A stretch of 64,000 nucleotides of DNA from Chrysomallon squamiferum (lineage: Eukaryota > Animalia > Mollusca). Both the position numbers and the translations under genes were made by a program. The notes under the pieces are model-generated. The model worked only from the letters and a program-made list of their open reading frames with translations. It was not told the origin of the DNA and did no database searches. Shown here piece after piece: positions 48,880 through 62,983 of the stretch (positions are counted from its first letter, which is position 1; each line of letters starts with the position of its first letter). The DNA is taken from contig CM022676.1 of assembly GCA_012295275.1 (NCBI GenBank), positions 13,020,001 to 13,084,000 of the forward strand, written 5' to 3'.

Positions 48880-49730
48880 AATATGTAAAAACGGTGAGCA
48901 TTATAGTAGGTTCAGTTGATTATTTTCAGTGAAAAACATTGGCTGCTGGCGGTTATAAACCAGTGACTGCACAGAACAGCTCATTTAAAGAAGGAAATGC
49001 TTTTGTGTGAATTTGTGGTGGGATTTTGAACAGCTGACTGTTAGACGAGTTTCGACTGTTTGTATGTATGTACAGACACAGATACACCTTGATAATTAAA
49101 AACTGAAAAGTATCAATAAAATAGGTTAACTTTCAGGGAATTCAAACATTTACAGCAGTTTCTTCTAATGAACATACATGTACAGGTCTGTATATATAAG
49201 CATATATCTGTATATCTAGCTATCTATCTATATATGAATGTATGTATGTATTCATATTTACAAGCATAATTCGTACAATTCTCTTAAATCACATTTAAAT
49301 TGCTAATAACATGTTTCCCACAATACACTTCTTTGTAAATACAAAGAAACACTAATGAGTAAGAGTTAATGGTTCACTATGGCAGTTCTTTGAGGACTGT
49401 ATGCAATTATATATTATGTAAAGAAGCCCTTCGCCTTACATAGACAGATGACCTATAGCAAGTTAATTTTATTCCGTTTAATGAACAACTTACTATTCTC
49501 TGCTTTGAGTTTTCGGAGGCTAATTTCAATTAAATCAATAGTCTAGGATCGCAAAAAAACTTTGAGAAACAAGTTTATACTGTTGTCAGCATTTGAATTT
49601 TTGAAGGTCATTAAGAACGAATATAAGTGCTTGACTGGGACAAGACTTTCACTTCTGGAGATAGACGTGCTTGAAAGATATGAGTATATGTGTGCTGCTA
49701 GATATTTGGTAGTAATTAAAGGATTATTTA
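48880..49730 (+). repeat. Diverged duplicate of gene C intron segment ~43330-44280
   Basis: Collinear blocks taggttca.ttga, aagaaggaaatgc, ttaactttcaggga, tattatgtaaaga, ctttgagtttt. Confidence 0.75.
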
Positions 49731-50340
49731 GTTATTTATTTATTTATTTATTTATTTATTTTAGATCCAATAAGCGGAAGCGATTCCACATTTTCTTCAA
49801 TGATTTATGCAATAATCACGTAAGTAGTCTTGTAACTATTTTTTTTATATTAGTTATTTTATTGCAATATTAATTTTATCAGCTTTCCTCTCAGTATATC
49901 TGCATGTATCATCTGTACCTATGTCTAGTATCGCTCAGTCTGTATGTTTCTGTGATTCTGTATATCTACTTTTCTGTCGGACCGTCTTCAAGTACTTGTG
50001 TATGTATGTATATATATGTATTATCTATATGTACATGTAAAAATGTGCCTGTATCAGTGTATGTAATGATGTATATCTACATATACTGTCTTTTTTTATG
50101 TCTGTATGCCTTTCTTGTCTGTGTCTGTGCTTATCTATTTCCGTGTGTCTAATAATTCTTTGTTTATCATTTTATCTTTATTTTATCTTTCTTCAGGTTT
50201 ATCAACACTTTAGTCATCACTGGTTTGCTGTAGAGTTACAGACTCCTCAGAGATAGATAAACACGGAGATATGAGATGTATAAAATATTGACAACAATCT
50301 AAATTATATTCTTGTTTCGTTCTTTAGGTTTTATCCTCAA

Positions 50341-50378
<38 letters not shown>

Positions 50379-50388
50379 CTATTGTTAC

Positions 50389-50431
<43 letters not shown>

Positions 50432-51675
50432 ACTTACTTTGTATATTTATATATGTATTAAAATGATTCTTTTGTTTTTAAGTTTTTCTGAATGAAATAT
50501 AATACATATGTATATTTCTAGAATTTAATTTGTAACTAAATATAATATTTTATTTAGTGTGAAAGACTGATCTTATAACATTTTGACAGTTACTTTTAGA
50601 ATAATTGGAAAGAATTTAAAACTGTTTTTCTTTTTATCATTTGTAATTAAATAGTGTATTAGTATACCTGTGCCAAATACTTGTTAGAATTACCAATCAG
50701 AGGTAAGTCATCAGTTAGAATGCTGGTATATTTTCAGTACATTTCAAAGCATTTCAGAAAGAAGACATTTTTTATAAGAAAAGTGTTGACGTTGGTTGTT
50801 AGTATTCTTACAGTTATTAAAGTGTTTTAATATTTATAAAATTATTGAAATTCATTGTTAAATGTTAAGTGCTTTAATGTACTTTTTTTTGTTCCATATT
50901 TAAACAGTTTCAAATTTCAGCTATGGTGTTGTTTCTACTTTATTTATTTTAATTGAAATGTTTCTCTGTTTGAATTTAGTCTGTTCAAAGTTAAATTTTC
51001 TTTTGAACATGTCATTAAAAAGACTCTGAATTTTGACGTGTGCCTAACTTGTATTTTATATTCTTTCACGCACTCGTACAGCATGGCGTGCCTTACTAAG
51101 CTGCCAGGTTTTCACTATTCGCGTTAAAACGGCTAAAATAAACTCATCTGTATTATGAGACTAATCTTTAAAATAATACAATGATGCAATACATGAATTT
51201 CAAAGGTTATTATTTATTTAGTTAGTTATCTATTTATTTATTATTATTATTTCTGCTAAAAAATTGGAGACGGTTATGAACCAGAGCTTATGGTAAGATA
51301 AAAATAAAAACATAATTTTTTATTTTTTTTTTTTTTTTTGCTGTTGTCATACGATTTTGTTTTTTCAAAAACGATCTGTAATATACAAAAAAAAAAATCA
51401 GTTATTGTTCGAGATTAATTTTTGGCGCGAGTACATTTCATAACATTATAGAAGTTACGTGTGAAATGCTTTAATATCCATGCTCCATGTAAACGTCTTA
51501 ATTATGCACATACGGAATGTTTCGAATTTCAACCCTGACTTTTTTCTTTTATTCTTTTAAGTGAATCTTTTATCTTTAAAATAGTTACATTTGTTAATGA
51601 TTTGTATATAAATCATTTTTAAAGTTATTAAAATGTTCTCCTTTCTGTATGTTCAGTTTGTTATTTTAAAAGTAC

Positions 51676-51771
<96 letters not shown>

Positions 51772-51869
51772 CAGTTATCTTAGAGAGCTGTAATAAAGTG
51801 ACAGTGTAATAATATTAAATAGAATGTTGTTTTTCATTACTGACTGAACTTGGGTCTATAAGGCAACAT

Positions 51870-52660
51870 ATGATGTCATCCTCCTTTCTATTATCTTATT
51901 TGCTGATAACGAAACGGATATTTTCACACAGTATCTGTAATACTGAGATATTTTCACAAAAGATCTGTAATAGTGAGATATTTAAATATGATATTTACTG
52001 TAATAAAAAAATGATCATTGTAAGCTGGTTTTAATTTCATTCAGCTAATTTGCTATATTACTTGTATTTACATTTTGTTCTAAACAACAACATGATTCCG
52101 CTTCAGTTTGGAGTTGGGTTTTGATACAAATAGAAAACGTAATTCAGAAGATAGTCTTTTGTAGTTCTGATATCTCTATATTCACTTTCTAATTTTTATG
52201 AATTAGATGCCTTAGATTAAATATAGACAATTAAGTGATAAAATAATGTGTTGATTAATATTTAATATTTTGTTAGAAAAGTACATACATTAGATATAAA
52301 ACAATGAGTTACTGACCTATTCATTAAACAGTCACCATGTAAACAGCTGTAGATTATTTGCTACATTCAAGAATATAATAAATGTCGTATACGTTTTGCT
52401 GAGTTAGGGGAATGATGTAACCTACGACAAGAAATCTTCTCTCGTTTTATAAATACAAATATTTTATAAATAGTCACAAGATATGATTTACTGACAAACA
52501 ATAACATTCTTGTGAAATGTAATGAATAAAGTGAAATAAATATACAAAAAAATAGACACATTAATATAATGCAGCGCTATAGAAATATGACACAATAACC
52601 TAACCTAGATAAAGTACAACTCGTGTACCCGCAAGAAACAAGTTTAGTCAAACATTCACA
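51870..52660 (+). promoter_or_regulatory. Promoter block of gene B
   Basis: Homologous to the 29.7 kb and 61.8 kb blocks. Confidence 0.7.
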
Positions 52661-52715
52661 ATGGCGTCATTGAGATATTTACTAGTTTCTGTCATGATTG
52701 TTACATGTAGTACAG
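52661..52715 (+). CDS. Gene B leader exon 1
   Basis: MASLRYLLVSVMIVTCST-G|gtaag. Confidence 0.75.
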
Positions 52716-52804
52716 GTAAGTTTCATTCATTTATTTTTTTATTTGGTTATTCATTTATTTATTTATTCATTTGTATTATTCAGATTTATGCCGGTTAGAG
52801 CTGG

Positions 52805-52863
<59 letters not shown>

Positions 52864-54267
52864 TAGTTATTCATCTTGTTTATCTGTTTTTATTATTTTT
52901 GATTTTAGTCTTGACAAGAATGAGATTTTTACACCTTAACCGAGATAGAAGTAGACGCTTTATTACAGTGAGAGCGCTGAAGTAATAACGTGACCGAGTA
53001 AGATAACCTAGATAGACTGGCTATAACTTGTGTACCCGAAAGAAACAAAGTAAATCACAACATACACTATGGCGATAGTGGGATACATACTTGTTTCTGC
53101 TTCGATTGTTGGCTATTGTTTAGGTATTGTTTTATTGTTGGCTATTGTTACTATGTAATTCATACATTGAAACAAATATGTTAGATATTACAGATAAAAA
53201 CTGTGTACTGAAAACTTATTCAGTCTGTGCCCTGGTTAAAACTAGTTTGGTGTATATTATTTAAACTGAACGTCGTCTCTGTGAAAAGTGAATGAATCGG
53301 ACTATGAAGTCCCATAAACTGTAAGGAACGTTAAACATATCAGATTTGCGACGTATATTTTTATGATAATAGTAATAATAATAATAATAAGAAGAAGAAG
53401 AAGAAGAACAATAATAATAATAATAACAATTATGTAATCAATAAATAAATAATAGAAAGAGATGCGATTAAGATTTTGTTTCATTTCGATGTTGTGAAGT
53501 GCAGTGTTCTACAGTGATAGTAAAATGTATAGTGACAGCTAGTATGGTGTTATAATTATACAGCGCATTGATACACACTGATTACGAAAAGTCTGGTATG
53601 TAATGTAAATGTTTTAATGGTATACTCTGTTCTTAACAGATGTACGTCCTTGTATTAATGTTGAATATTGTTATCAGTGCAGTTGCATAATTACACTGTA
53701 CAGCTATCTGAATTATCCATTTCTTCATTTGTTCCTCAAGGTGAATGTTTCTTGTGTTTATATATTTATGTATAATTATTTACCTATATTGCTAATTAAT
53801 ATAAGCTAAATCGTACTAACAATGAATCACTTGCAATACCATTTAAAGAATATTTTAGTCAATATTTTATGTGACAGAGACAAGAAGTATTATTTTTGTA
53901 GAAAGAAAGAGCTAATTTTCTATAACAAATGAAAAGTAATTAAACTGACAGTTCTTCATTCAGTTTTATCAAATTTATCGTGAATGAAATTGATGTTCTT
54001 ATACTGTTAATTAATTAAAAGACTGAAAGACATAGACAAATTCACCGATCAAAACAAAAAAGAAGAAAAAAACGACTCACGCTTGGATTATATTTCACAT
54101 AATGGAGTTGTCGGAAACGATCTAGTTAAATACTTCAAATTGTTACTCTAAAAATGATCTTCGACAAACAAAAAATCATTGAATAATTAAGAGCAAGAAA
54201 ACAAATCTACGGTAAAATGTATATAACAGTTATTCTTATCACTCTTGCAATCCGGACACCATTTGTA

Positions 54268-54327
<60 letters not shown>

Positions 54328-54778
54328 ATCTATAATTTTGTTTTCGTGAATAAATTTCCTTGTTCAAACTAAAGTAATGTACGTAACACTATACCAAGTT
54401 GAATTATACCATAACCAATTTTATAATTATTGATTGTACAATAGCACATAACACATTAAAATCAAATTGATATACGTACTCTTACACTGTTCTTTATTCA
54501 GAACATTATGTATCCTTATAATATCTGGTTTCAGTTGACAGTTATCTCTATAGTGACCAATTAGTACAGTGTGTAATGAATGATAATTAAAATCGTTATT
54601 TCACAACTATGTGAACCACTAAATAATTCAAAATTCTAGAGGAGTGTATGGTAGTATACGTGCAAAATACATCGTATTATGTCAGGTTGACTGCCGAGTA
54701 CATTGGAAAAATGTTAGTTACTGAATATCTGAAATAATTAACATGCGGTTTGTATCGTTTTAGTGATGACAGAATATC

Positions 54779-54823
<45 letters not shown>

Positions 54824-55942
54824 TAATTTTAAAAACTCTGTTTAATTTTTTCAATACGGCATTGTTTTCAAAATGTTGATTTATTTCTTATTTAATTTTT
54901 TTCCGTACAGGTGTATCACTGAAGATATCTAGTTCTTTGTCTTATGCAGTGTTGAATGAGAAATTTACATTTACTTGTTCTGCGTCACAGGCTGCTGATC
55001 TTAGTGACTCAGTAATATTTTATAAACTACAAAAAGGAAAACAGAAAGAAATGGGTTCTCTCTATCAGAAAGGTCATAGATCATATTAACTAATCATTTT
55101 AAAAGTACAATATTAAACATTAAACTAAATAAAATGATATTAATTTGTGTGCATGTAACATCAAGTAAAATTACATTTCCATACGTAGACTGTAGATAAT
55201 GTTTATTAAATACTATTCTAATTTTATTACTTAGATGGTCCAGACTCTGTTACACTCAGTTTAACATCACCTGTTGAAGTGGTAGAAGGACACAGTCTCA
55301 GTGTTGACTGTGTTGCTGTGTGTAAGCCAAGCTGTTCCTACTCGTGGAAGCTGGGAAATGATGAACTCACATCAAACTCTCAACTGAGACTGACAAACAT
55401 CAGCAGGAATGAAGCAGGAAATGTTTACACGTGTACAGTGACAAACTCTGAAACAAAACAGTCTGAAAGTAATACTATAACACTGACTGTCTTCTGTGAG
55501 TTACTCAGATTTTTCTTTGATATTACTAACATCGTTAAAATTTAATAGATAGCATTTAAATTAGTATCAGTCTAAAACAAAAGAGTCTAAAAGTAACCAG
55601 TTGACACTGACAGCTTATTGTGAGCTATATTTTTAAATATTATTTAGTTTGTATTAAAATATCTATTTAATTTTGAGTCTCGTTTTCACTAGTATTAAAT
55701 TACAGTAACAACACCGAAACGAAACAGTCTGAAAGAAACAACTTCAGACTGACAATTTACTTTGAGTTATTCATGTTTCATTGCAAAACATGAATGTTTA
55801 ATAGTATTTACCTCTAACTGACTGAACTTAATGGAATATTACTTTTAATCTCTTCTTGTTTTAAATTTAAATGCAAAGCTCAGTAAATTGTTACAAGATT
55901 AGACTCAATAATTTTAGTAATACATAACAGTGCTTCTGTCAC

Positions 55943-55982
<40 letters not shown>

Positions 55983-57270
55983 TTTTAGTAGTAGTAGTAA
56001 TAGTAGTAGTAGTAGTAGCAGAAGTAGTAGTAGTAGTAGTATGTTTTGTTTTTGTCACAGTTAAATATTCTTGAATCTTGTTTGAATCTTGTTTCATAAA
56101 GTTATAAATTATAGACTAGGAATAAACATAAGTAATATTAAGTATAAGAAAAAAGTGGAACAACGTGAATAAGAAACCTTATGATGGGAATGCTAATCAT
56201 AATTACATGAAGAAAAGAAAAGTATACATAAGTGGAACAAAAATAAAACGAATAAATTAAATATGCTTAAGAGAGATCTAATCAGAAGATATTAATTAAC
56301 TTCATTAAATAAGCAGCAACGAGAAGAACAATATTTTTGTGATTAAGTAATAAATTTAATTATTATATTTTATTTACGTTTTCTTGGTAATTTTCTTACA
56401 AAATATACTTTTATATTAATAATTAACCAATTAATAAATTATTTGTCTTGTTTATGGCATCAGATAAATATGTGTGTTTTTGGTGCAAATGAAAATATTC
56501 CCAATCTCTTACTGCTTTCAACAAAACAGTCGCCTTCCAACATTCATAAAAGCAGTCTACAGTTATGTCAAGAGCAGTATGAAAAAAATCACAGAAATCA
56601 GACGTGATATTGCTCGTACGAGTTTATGCCGAAACTATAATACATTTTGCAAACGTAAAGTGTAATAAATTACTGATTTACTCTTTCATTTCCAGATCCA
56701 CCAAGTTCATCTCCAGTTGTTTCAGGAACAACGTTTCCTGTGTTTGAGGGTGACACTGTCACACTGAACTGTTCTACAACTGGTGGAAACCCAAAACCAA
56801 ATCTGAACTGGACATGTTATAATCATGTACACTGCTCTGACAGAGAAGAAACCAGAACGTGTACAATATCTTTCATGGCTAACAGGACTCAGAATAACAA
56901 AGTGTGTGAGTGTGTTTCTAGTTGGAAGTATGGCGTCTACAACTGGGGAAAAAGCAGAAGCTTGACTATTTATTGTAAGTGAATTTTATATTGTTTGTAA
57001 TTGATACACATATCAATATATATTACTGGCTAAGTTCAGAATGTTCAGTCGTGGGTTATTGTTGTGGATTAAAATACACAAATACATGCAATTCAACGAT
57101 TACAACTTGAAATATTTACGTGTAAAAACAATCATTCGTATCTTTAAGTTTTTTCTTCTTATTTTCAAGAAGTATCAGACATTTTTAATCTGTAAAAGAA
57201 AACAACAAACAAACCATTAACTTACAAGAAGAATATATACACATGGCTGATTCCAATTTATCCCATTTAA

Positions 57271-57329
<59 letters not shown>

Positions 57330-60300
57330 CTGGTTTTGTTATGGATGCTAAATTTGATATACCAGATATTTTTGGTACCATGTAAATAGTTTACGAAATG
57401 TCAGTTTCAGTTTTTCATGAAATATGGATGAAAACATCCACTGGAAATTGAATAAGGATTCGCAGTTTGAAATATATTTGTTTTGTATTTACTAATGTTT
57501 CTACCTTAATATTTCCATTTGAACCTGAATATAACCTTCAAAATACTCATAAGTTAAAACAATACATCTTACAAAATAGATGTTAACACATACATATGTT
57601 TGTATCTCTCTATGCATGTGTGTGTGTATATATATATATATATATGTACGTACCCACGTATGTATATATCGATATTAATACTTATTTCTAGTACAAAATA
57701 TTTATTACACAACAATTAAAACGAGAATAATTGAAATAAAAGAAAAAATGTTTTATATATTGTAAAACAAACACATTTGAATTTCTTACTTTCAACAGTC
57801 CTCTCCAAAGTAAATAACAATAATAGTAATTTTAGAGCAATTACAGATACAATCAGATGTAATTATATTCCTCTCCTTCTTTATATGAGAAAACGTGAGA
57901 AAAAAAAAGTGAAAAGAAGAGATAAAGTCCCCACTTACCTGAATTAAAAAGAGAATCTTTTAAATAGATCCTCCAAACAAACCGACACTTTCAACAAATC
58001 CTGAGCAGCCATGGCTAGAAAACACAGGAGGCTCTTTGATTTGTTCTTTACCTGACAATGGTAAAGGAAATCCAGCAGCTCAGTTTTACTGGATTAGAAA
58101 TGGAACAAACATACAACACACAGGATCTAAATTGTCACTGACACCTACAAAGGAAGACAATGGAGTCTGGTACAAATGTTCAGCTGGGAATCTCTTCACA
58201 GACAGAAATGGACAACACAGACCTGAATCTAATTCTCTTCATACGAATGTGTATTGTATGTTGTTTAAATGTTTTGTATGTTGTTGTTTTCTTTGTTTGT
58301 TTGTTTTATTTGTTCATTATGACTTTCACATTAAGTAAATAAGTAAATAGTATTGACATAATTTATGAAGATATTTGAATATTGCTTTTGACATGTTCAT
58401 GTCATCCTTATAAAAAATAAACAGGAATAAGCAATGAACGTTAACTGTATTTTAGTTCTCCTCAGTAGTTTTCTGCGAAGTAATGAAATCTATGTGAACC
58501 GTTTTCTGTTTCCTCTCAGACTAATTGTATTTTTCCTTGTATTATTGTTGTTGTTGCATGTATTATCTTGTTGTTCTTCTTCTGTTTACATATATTTGTA
58601 TTTCAATCTGTGTAGATGCACCCAGAGTGAGAATTTTATCAGAGAGTCACATCAGAGTTGAACTGGGAAAACTTGTGATATTACGCTGTACAGCTGACAG
58701 TAATCCAGACAGTGTTGTATTTGAATGGCGAACTGGTATAAAACACCTCACTGACAGTTCTCTGTTTCAAATCTCCTCATTTCAACAGTCAGACCAAGGA
58801 GAGTACACGTGTTCAGCAACTTCAAAAACTTCTTTTAACACTTCAGTGTCAGGATCTGCCAGTGTCATGGTTACAGGTAACGTTATTTACATGTTTTTTC
58901 ATGCCACCTTTGTTAGCAAATTCAACTTATTTTGTTGTTTTTTTCAAAATCTGTCAGAATTAGCCAGTGTAAATTTTTACATTAGGACTTTACTAAAATG
59001 TGGGTGCGGGTGTGTCTATAGATGTATATAAACACACACACAAACACTCACTATTATTCCCAACGCTATAATATTTAAATATATTGCGGATGAAATTGAA
59101 ACAGAACATAAATCCTTTTTCACGTTTCAGTTCTTGAATCAGCTCCTGAATGGTGTTACTGCACAAATGTGTTAGAAACTTCAGTAGACATCAAGCGGAA
59201 GTACGACACAAACAAGTTCACTAGATTCACTGTTGAACAATGCTTGTCTACTGAAGACCAGTCTATTAGTCTACAAGTGTCAGACAATGAGACAGACGAC
59301 AAGACTTTTTCTTTACACATTTCTCATCTCAAGTCAAATTCTTCCTACCACTTTAAAATTTACTCTTCTGCAAATAAAACTGACAGCCGTTACTGTTTGA
59401 CTGTTTGTACCACTTTCACAACAACACAGTATAGTAAGTAAAACATATATAATTTAATATTGCGCATTTCTAATTTCACTAAAATTGTATTTTCACAATA
59501 CTTTTATACAGGTAATTTCGTAATCTTATATTGTCAAAATTATTTACATTTTAAATTAAATCTTTAGTTCGACGTTTTAAAACTTGGTTGATTTCACTTA
59601 TTGATTTACTGCTTGCTTTGAAATATTATCAATAAATATAAGAGAATAAATAAAATAAAACAGATTACTGAATTAAGTTCTATAATGTATTATTATAATT
59701 ATTGTAGTAGGATCTTCGTCCCTGGCAACACTAGGGACTGGAATTGGAATTGGTCTTGTAGTAGGAATAATTCTGCTCTGCGTTGCCGAAACAGTCATTC
59801 TACTCATCTTGAGGAGAAGAGGTTATACAATCCGAGGTCAACTAAATTATAAACTCATTCTTTAGTTATTGTTTTGTTCGTTTGAATGTTTCAATTTTAT
59901 TATATTTTATTTTGTTTTGTTTTTTACTTTTAACTAAATATTTATTAAAACACTATCATCCTTTCTTTTTTTGTTTTTATTATTGATCTATTTATTTATT
60001 TATATTTATTTTTTGTCTTAGCTAGTGTTATATATATACACACACGCACGCACACACACGTATGTGTACATATAAATTTATTTCATTTTTTGTTTATGAT
60101 TTGTTTGTTTCTTCATTTGCTTGTTTAAATAAATTTGAATTATTTTAATCTAACAGTACATATTTAGCTTGTTCGATAGAATTTTATAATAAACCTTTAC
60201 AGGTTCAGACGGTAAAATGAAAATGAAATACACACGTGAGTACTGTGTTGAAATATTTCTGATTACTGCTCATCATGATGTATGATATTCAGATGTCTCT

Positions 60301-61333
60301 TCACTAACTTACCTGCAGCTGTTTTCTGATATGTAAATCAATATGTTTAAGTGTATATGTCTGCATTATATAGCTACTTCTGTTCCAAGCAACTGCTGTT
60401 CTTAAATTATATATGGATGAAATATATATTAACTGATAATAGCAAATGTACACCGTTGCACTAATAAAAATGCTTCCATAAATTATGTGATTGTCTCGTT
60501 ATTAAAATCCTACTAAGAACAAATATACTTGATATAATACTAGTATATTTTGTTCATGTCCTGTTTTACAGATATCAAGATGTGTCTATGGATTCAGTTC
60601 AGGAAACAGGTGTTCGTTCAGGTAACATAAGATATTCAATGTTTCGAATGAGTTCTTTTGACTTCACTTTTATTACAAAACTGTCGATTCGAAGAAGCTG
60701 CCTTGTTAACACTTAAAACGGTTCAAACTGAAAACCAGACGGTTAGACACAGATGTTCATTAAATGTTACGTGAGAAAAAAGTTAGGACCTGTTTTCAAA
60801 AATAACTAATGAGAAACAAATATACATTGTATTTCAAGTTAAATTTCAAACAAGACTAAAAGAACATCATTACATTTGCTTTATATTAAAAAATTTGCAT
60901 TGAATTAAATGAATTAAAATAAACGCCTAATATTTTTTTTCAAACTTACCATAATAAATATTTTTCTAGAAAATATAGCTGAATTCAACAAAAATTGTGT
61001 TTCAAAATGAGTACAAATAGTTTATGTAAATACTAATAAATTTATAGAACATTCTCAAATACCTGCTGCTGAGTACGAGTGTCTACAATCACGTGATGCA
61101 CCTGCGTATGAAAAGTTGAAGGTGTCCGCCAACAGACGGCCGTCAGGTAAAATTATTTATGTGTCGTCCATTTTCCCAGATTCCCATTTAGAATTATTTA
61201 TTTTTATTTACGATGATACAGTTTATCCAAATAAGACGTCAATTGCTAATAACTTTTTATTATAGTAAAATGAAATGTCTGTTTTTAAAGAAAATGTGAA
61301 AAGTTTTCATTCCTTATTCTTTTTCAATGAGTA

Positions 61334-61379
<46 letters not shown>

Positions 61380-61521
61380 TAGATTTAAAAAAATCTTTTT
61401 AGGAATGATGGTTTCCCAGTGTTTGTCGTTATTCTAAAAAAAATATATTTTTTTTTTATCTCAATCCTTTTTTTATCTCTCTTTTTTTCCCCTAGGAAAT
61501 GTATATGAAAATACTGTATAA
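52661..61521 (+). CDS. Gene B: paralog of gene A (leader(s), truncated V, Ig x4, FN3, TM, ITAM-like tail); 1-nt shortfall in a tail microexon
   Basis: Exons 52661-52715 or 53069-53123, 54911-55072, 55235-55495, 56696-56974, 57968-58255, 58616-58876, 59131-59433, 59711-59836, 60203-60235, 60572-60621, 61048-61146, 61496-61521. Confidence 0.85.
53069..53123 (+). CDS. Gene B leader exon 2 (alternative)
   Basis: MAIVGYILVSASIVGYCL-G|gtatt. Confidence 0.7.
54911..55072 (+). CDS. Gene B N-terminal V-like Ig exon, 3'-truncated
   Basis: gtacag|GVSLKISSSLSYAVLNEKFTFTCSASQAADLSDSVIFY...SLYQK-G; weak donor gtcat, otherwise stop at 55089. Confidence 0.65.
55235..55495 (+). CDS. Gene B Ig exon 1
   Basis: 6 nt differences from 11470-11730. 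Confidence 0.9.
56696..56974 (+). CDS. Gene B Ig exon 2
   Basis: Paralog of 15204-15482. Confidence 0.9.
57968..58255 (+). CDS. Gene B Ig exon 3
   Basis: Paralog of 15952-16239. Confidence 0.9.
58616..58876 (+). CDS. Gene B Ig exon 4
   Basis: Paralog of 16611-16871. Confidence 0.9.
59131..59433 (+). CDS. Gene B FN3 exon
   Basis: Paralog of 17777-18082; conserved FN3 Trp replaced by Arg (DIKRKY). Confidence 0.85.
59711..59836 (+). CDS. Gene B transmembrane exon
   Basis: ATLGTGIGIGLVVGIILLCVAETVILLILRRRGYTIR|G. Confidence 0.9.
60203..60235 (+). CDS. Gene B tail microexon (33 nt vs 34 nt in A)
   Basis: ttacag|gttcagacggtaaaatgaaaatgaaatacacac|gtgagt. Confidence 0.7.
60572..60621 (+). CDS. 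Gene B YQDV exon
   Basis: (T)YQDVSMDSVQETGVRS. Confidence 0.8.
61048..61146 (+). CDS. Gene B ITAM-like exon
   Basis: EHSQIPAAEYECLQSRDAPAYEKLKVSANRRPS. Confidence 0.85.
61496..61521 (+). CDS. Gene B terminal exon
   Basis: cctag|GNVYENTV*. Confidence 0.85.
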
Positions 61522-61579
61522 TTGACTGAACATCAAAACATTTCAAGGATGAAACTATCGCTCGTACATCGCTGGAACT

Positions 61580-61618
<39 letters not shown>

Positions 61619-61779
61619 ACTTTTTATAACATTCATACATTCAGTCATATATTTATAACATTGATACATTCAAAGAGAGTTGTAACAAAGTGACAGAGTA
61701 ATGATATTAAATAACATTTTGTTGTGTTTCTGTGTCTGCACGGAATTGATGCTGAAGTTTGCTCTACAAGACAACATAC

Positions 61780-62487
61780 AACGTCATCCTCGTTTCATTA
61801 ACTTGTATAATTTCTGTTTCTAACTTATTTACTGAAAATTATAACAGAACCGATACTTTCACACAAGATGTGTAACAGTGAGATATTTCAATTTGATATT
61901 TACTGTAATAAAAAAAAAGTTCATTGTAAGCTGTCTTGTTTTAATTTCATTCAACTAATTTACTATTTCACTTTATTTCACATCGTGTGCTAAACGACAA
62001 AATGATTCCGCTTCAATTTGGAAAGTGGGTTTTTGATATAAAAAGAAATAAAACAAAACTTACAATTAAGAAGATAAGCTTTGTAATTCTCTTATATCTG
62101 TATTCACTGTTTATTTCATATCAGTTTATTAAATGCATGAGTTTAAATATTTACAATTAACTTGTAACATTTAATGTTGATTGATATTTTGTTAAAAAAT
62201 TATCTAAATTAGATGCGAAATACACAGTTACTGATCTATTCTCAAGTGAGTGACATAAAAACGTAAAGAAGTAAACAGCTGTAAATGTTTTGTAAACACC
62301 GAAATTTTCAATATATGATTACTGATAAATAACTAAAAAAAATCATGTGAAATGTAATAAATAAAGTGAAATAAATATAGACACTTCAATAGAATGACAG
62401 CGCTATGGAAACGTGACACAATAACTTAACCTAGGTAAAGTACAGCTCGTGTACCCGCAAGAAACAAGTTTAGTCACAACATTCGCA
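61780..62487 (+). promoter_or_regulatory. Promoter block of the next tandem unit
   Basis: Homologous to the 29.7 kb and 51.9 kb blocks. Confidence 0.7.
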
Positions 62488-62541
62488 ATGGCGCTGTTGA
62501 GATATTTACTAGTTTCTGTCATGACTGTTAGATACAGCAAG
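62488..62541 (+). CDS. Leader exon, 54 nt (out of phase by 1 nt)
   Basis: MALLRYLLVSVMTVRYSK|gtaat. Confidence 0.55.
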
Positions 62542-62651
62542 GTAATTTGTATTTATTTATTTATTGATACAAAACATGTTAGATATTACAGATAAAAACC
62601 ATGTACTTAAAACATAAGACGGTTATTCAGTCTGTGTCCTAGTTAGAACAG

Positions 62652-62705
<54 letters not shown>

Positions 62706-62928
62706 TCATTTTTTTTGTCTAATTTTCTTATTTTTATTTTTAGTTTATTATTTTATTTTTTTATTTTCGTGCGTCTTGAAAAGAATGACATTTTCATACT
62801 TTAACCGAGACAAAAGTAAACAGATTTATGACAACAGGAGCGCAGTTGAAAACACGTGACACAAACATAACCTAGATCAAGTACAACTCGTGTACCCGGA
62901 AGAAACAAGTTTAGTCACAACATTCACA

Positions 62929-62983
62929 ATGGCGATAGTGGGATACTTACTTGTTTCTGTGTCGATTGTTGAATATTGTTTAG
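62929..62983 (+). CDS. Leader exon of a probable further family member extending beyond the window
   Basis: MAIVGYLLVSVSIVEYCL-G|gtaag. Confidence 0.7.

Noticed and set aside
30361-55235. V(D)J-like somatic rearrangement of orphan leaders or the truncated V exon
   Set aside because: No heptamer/nonamer RSS pairs noticed at segment ends and no array of V segments; germline duplication and decay suffices
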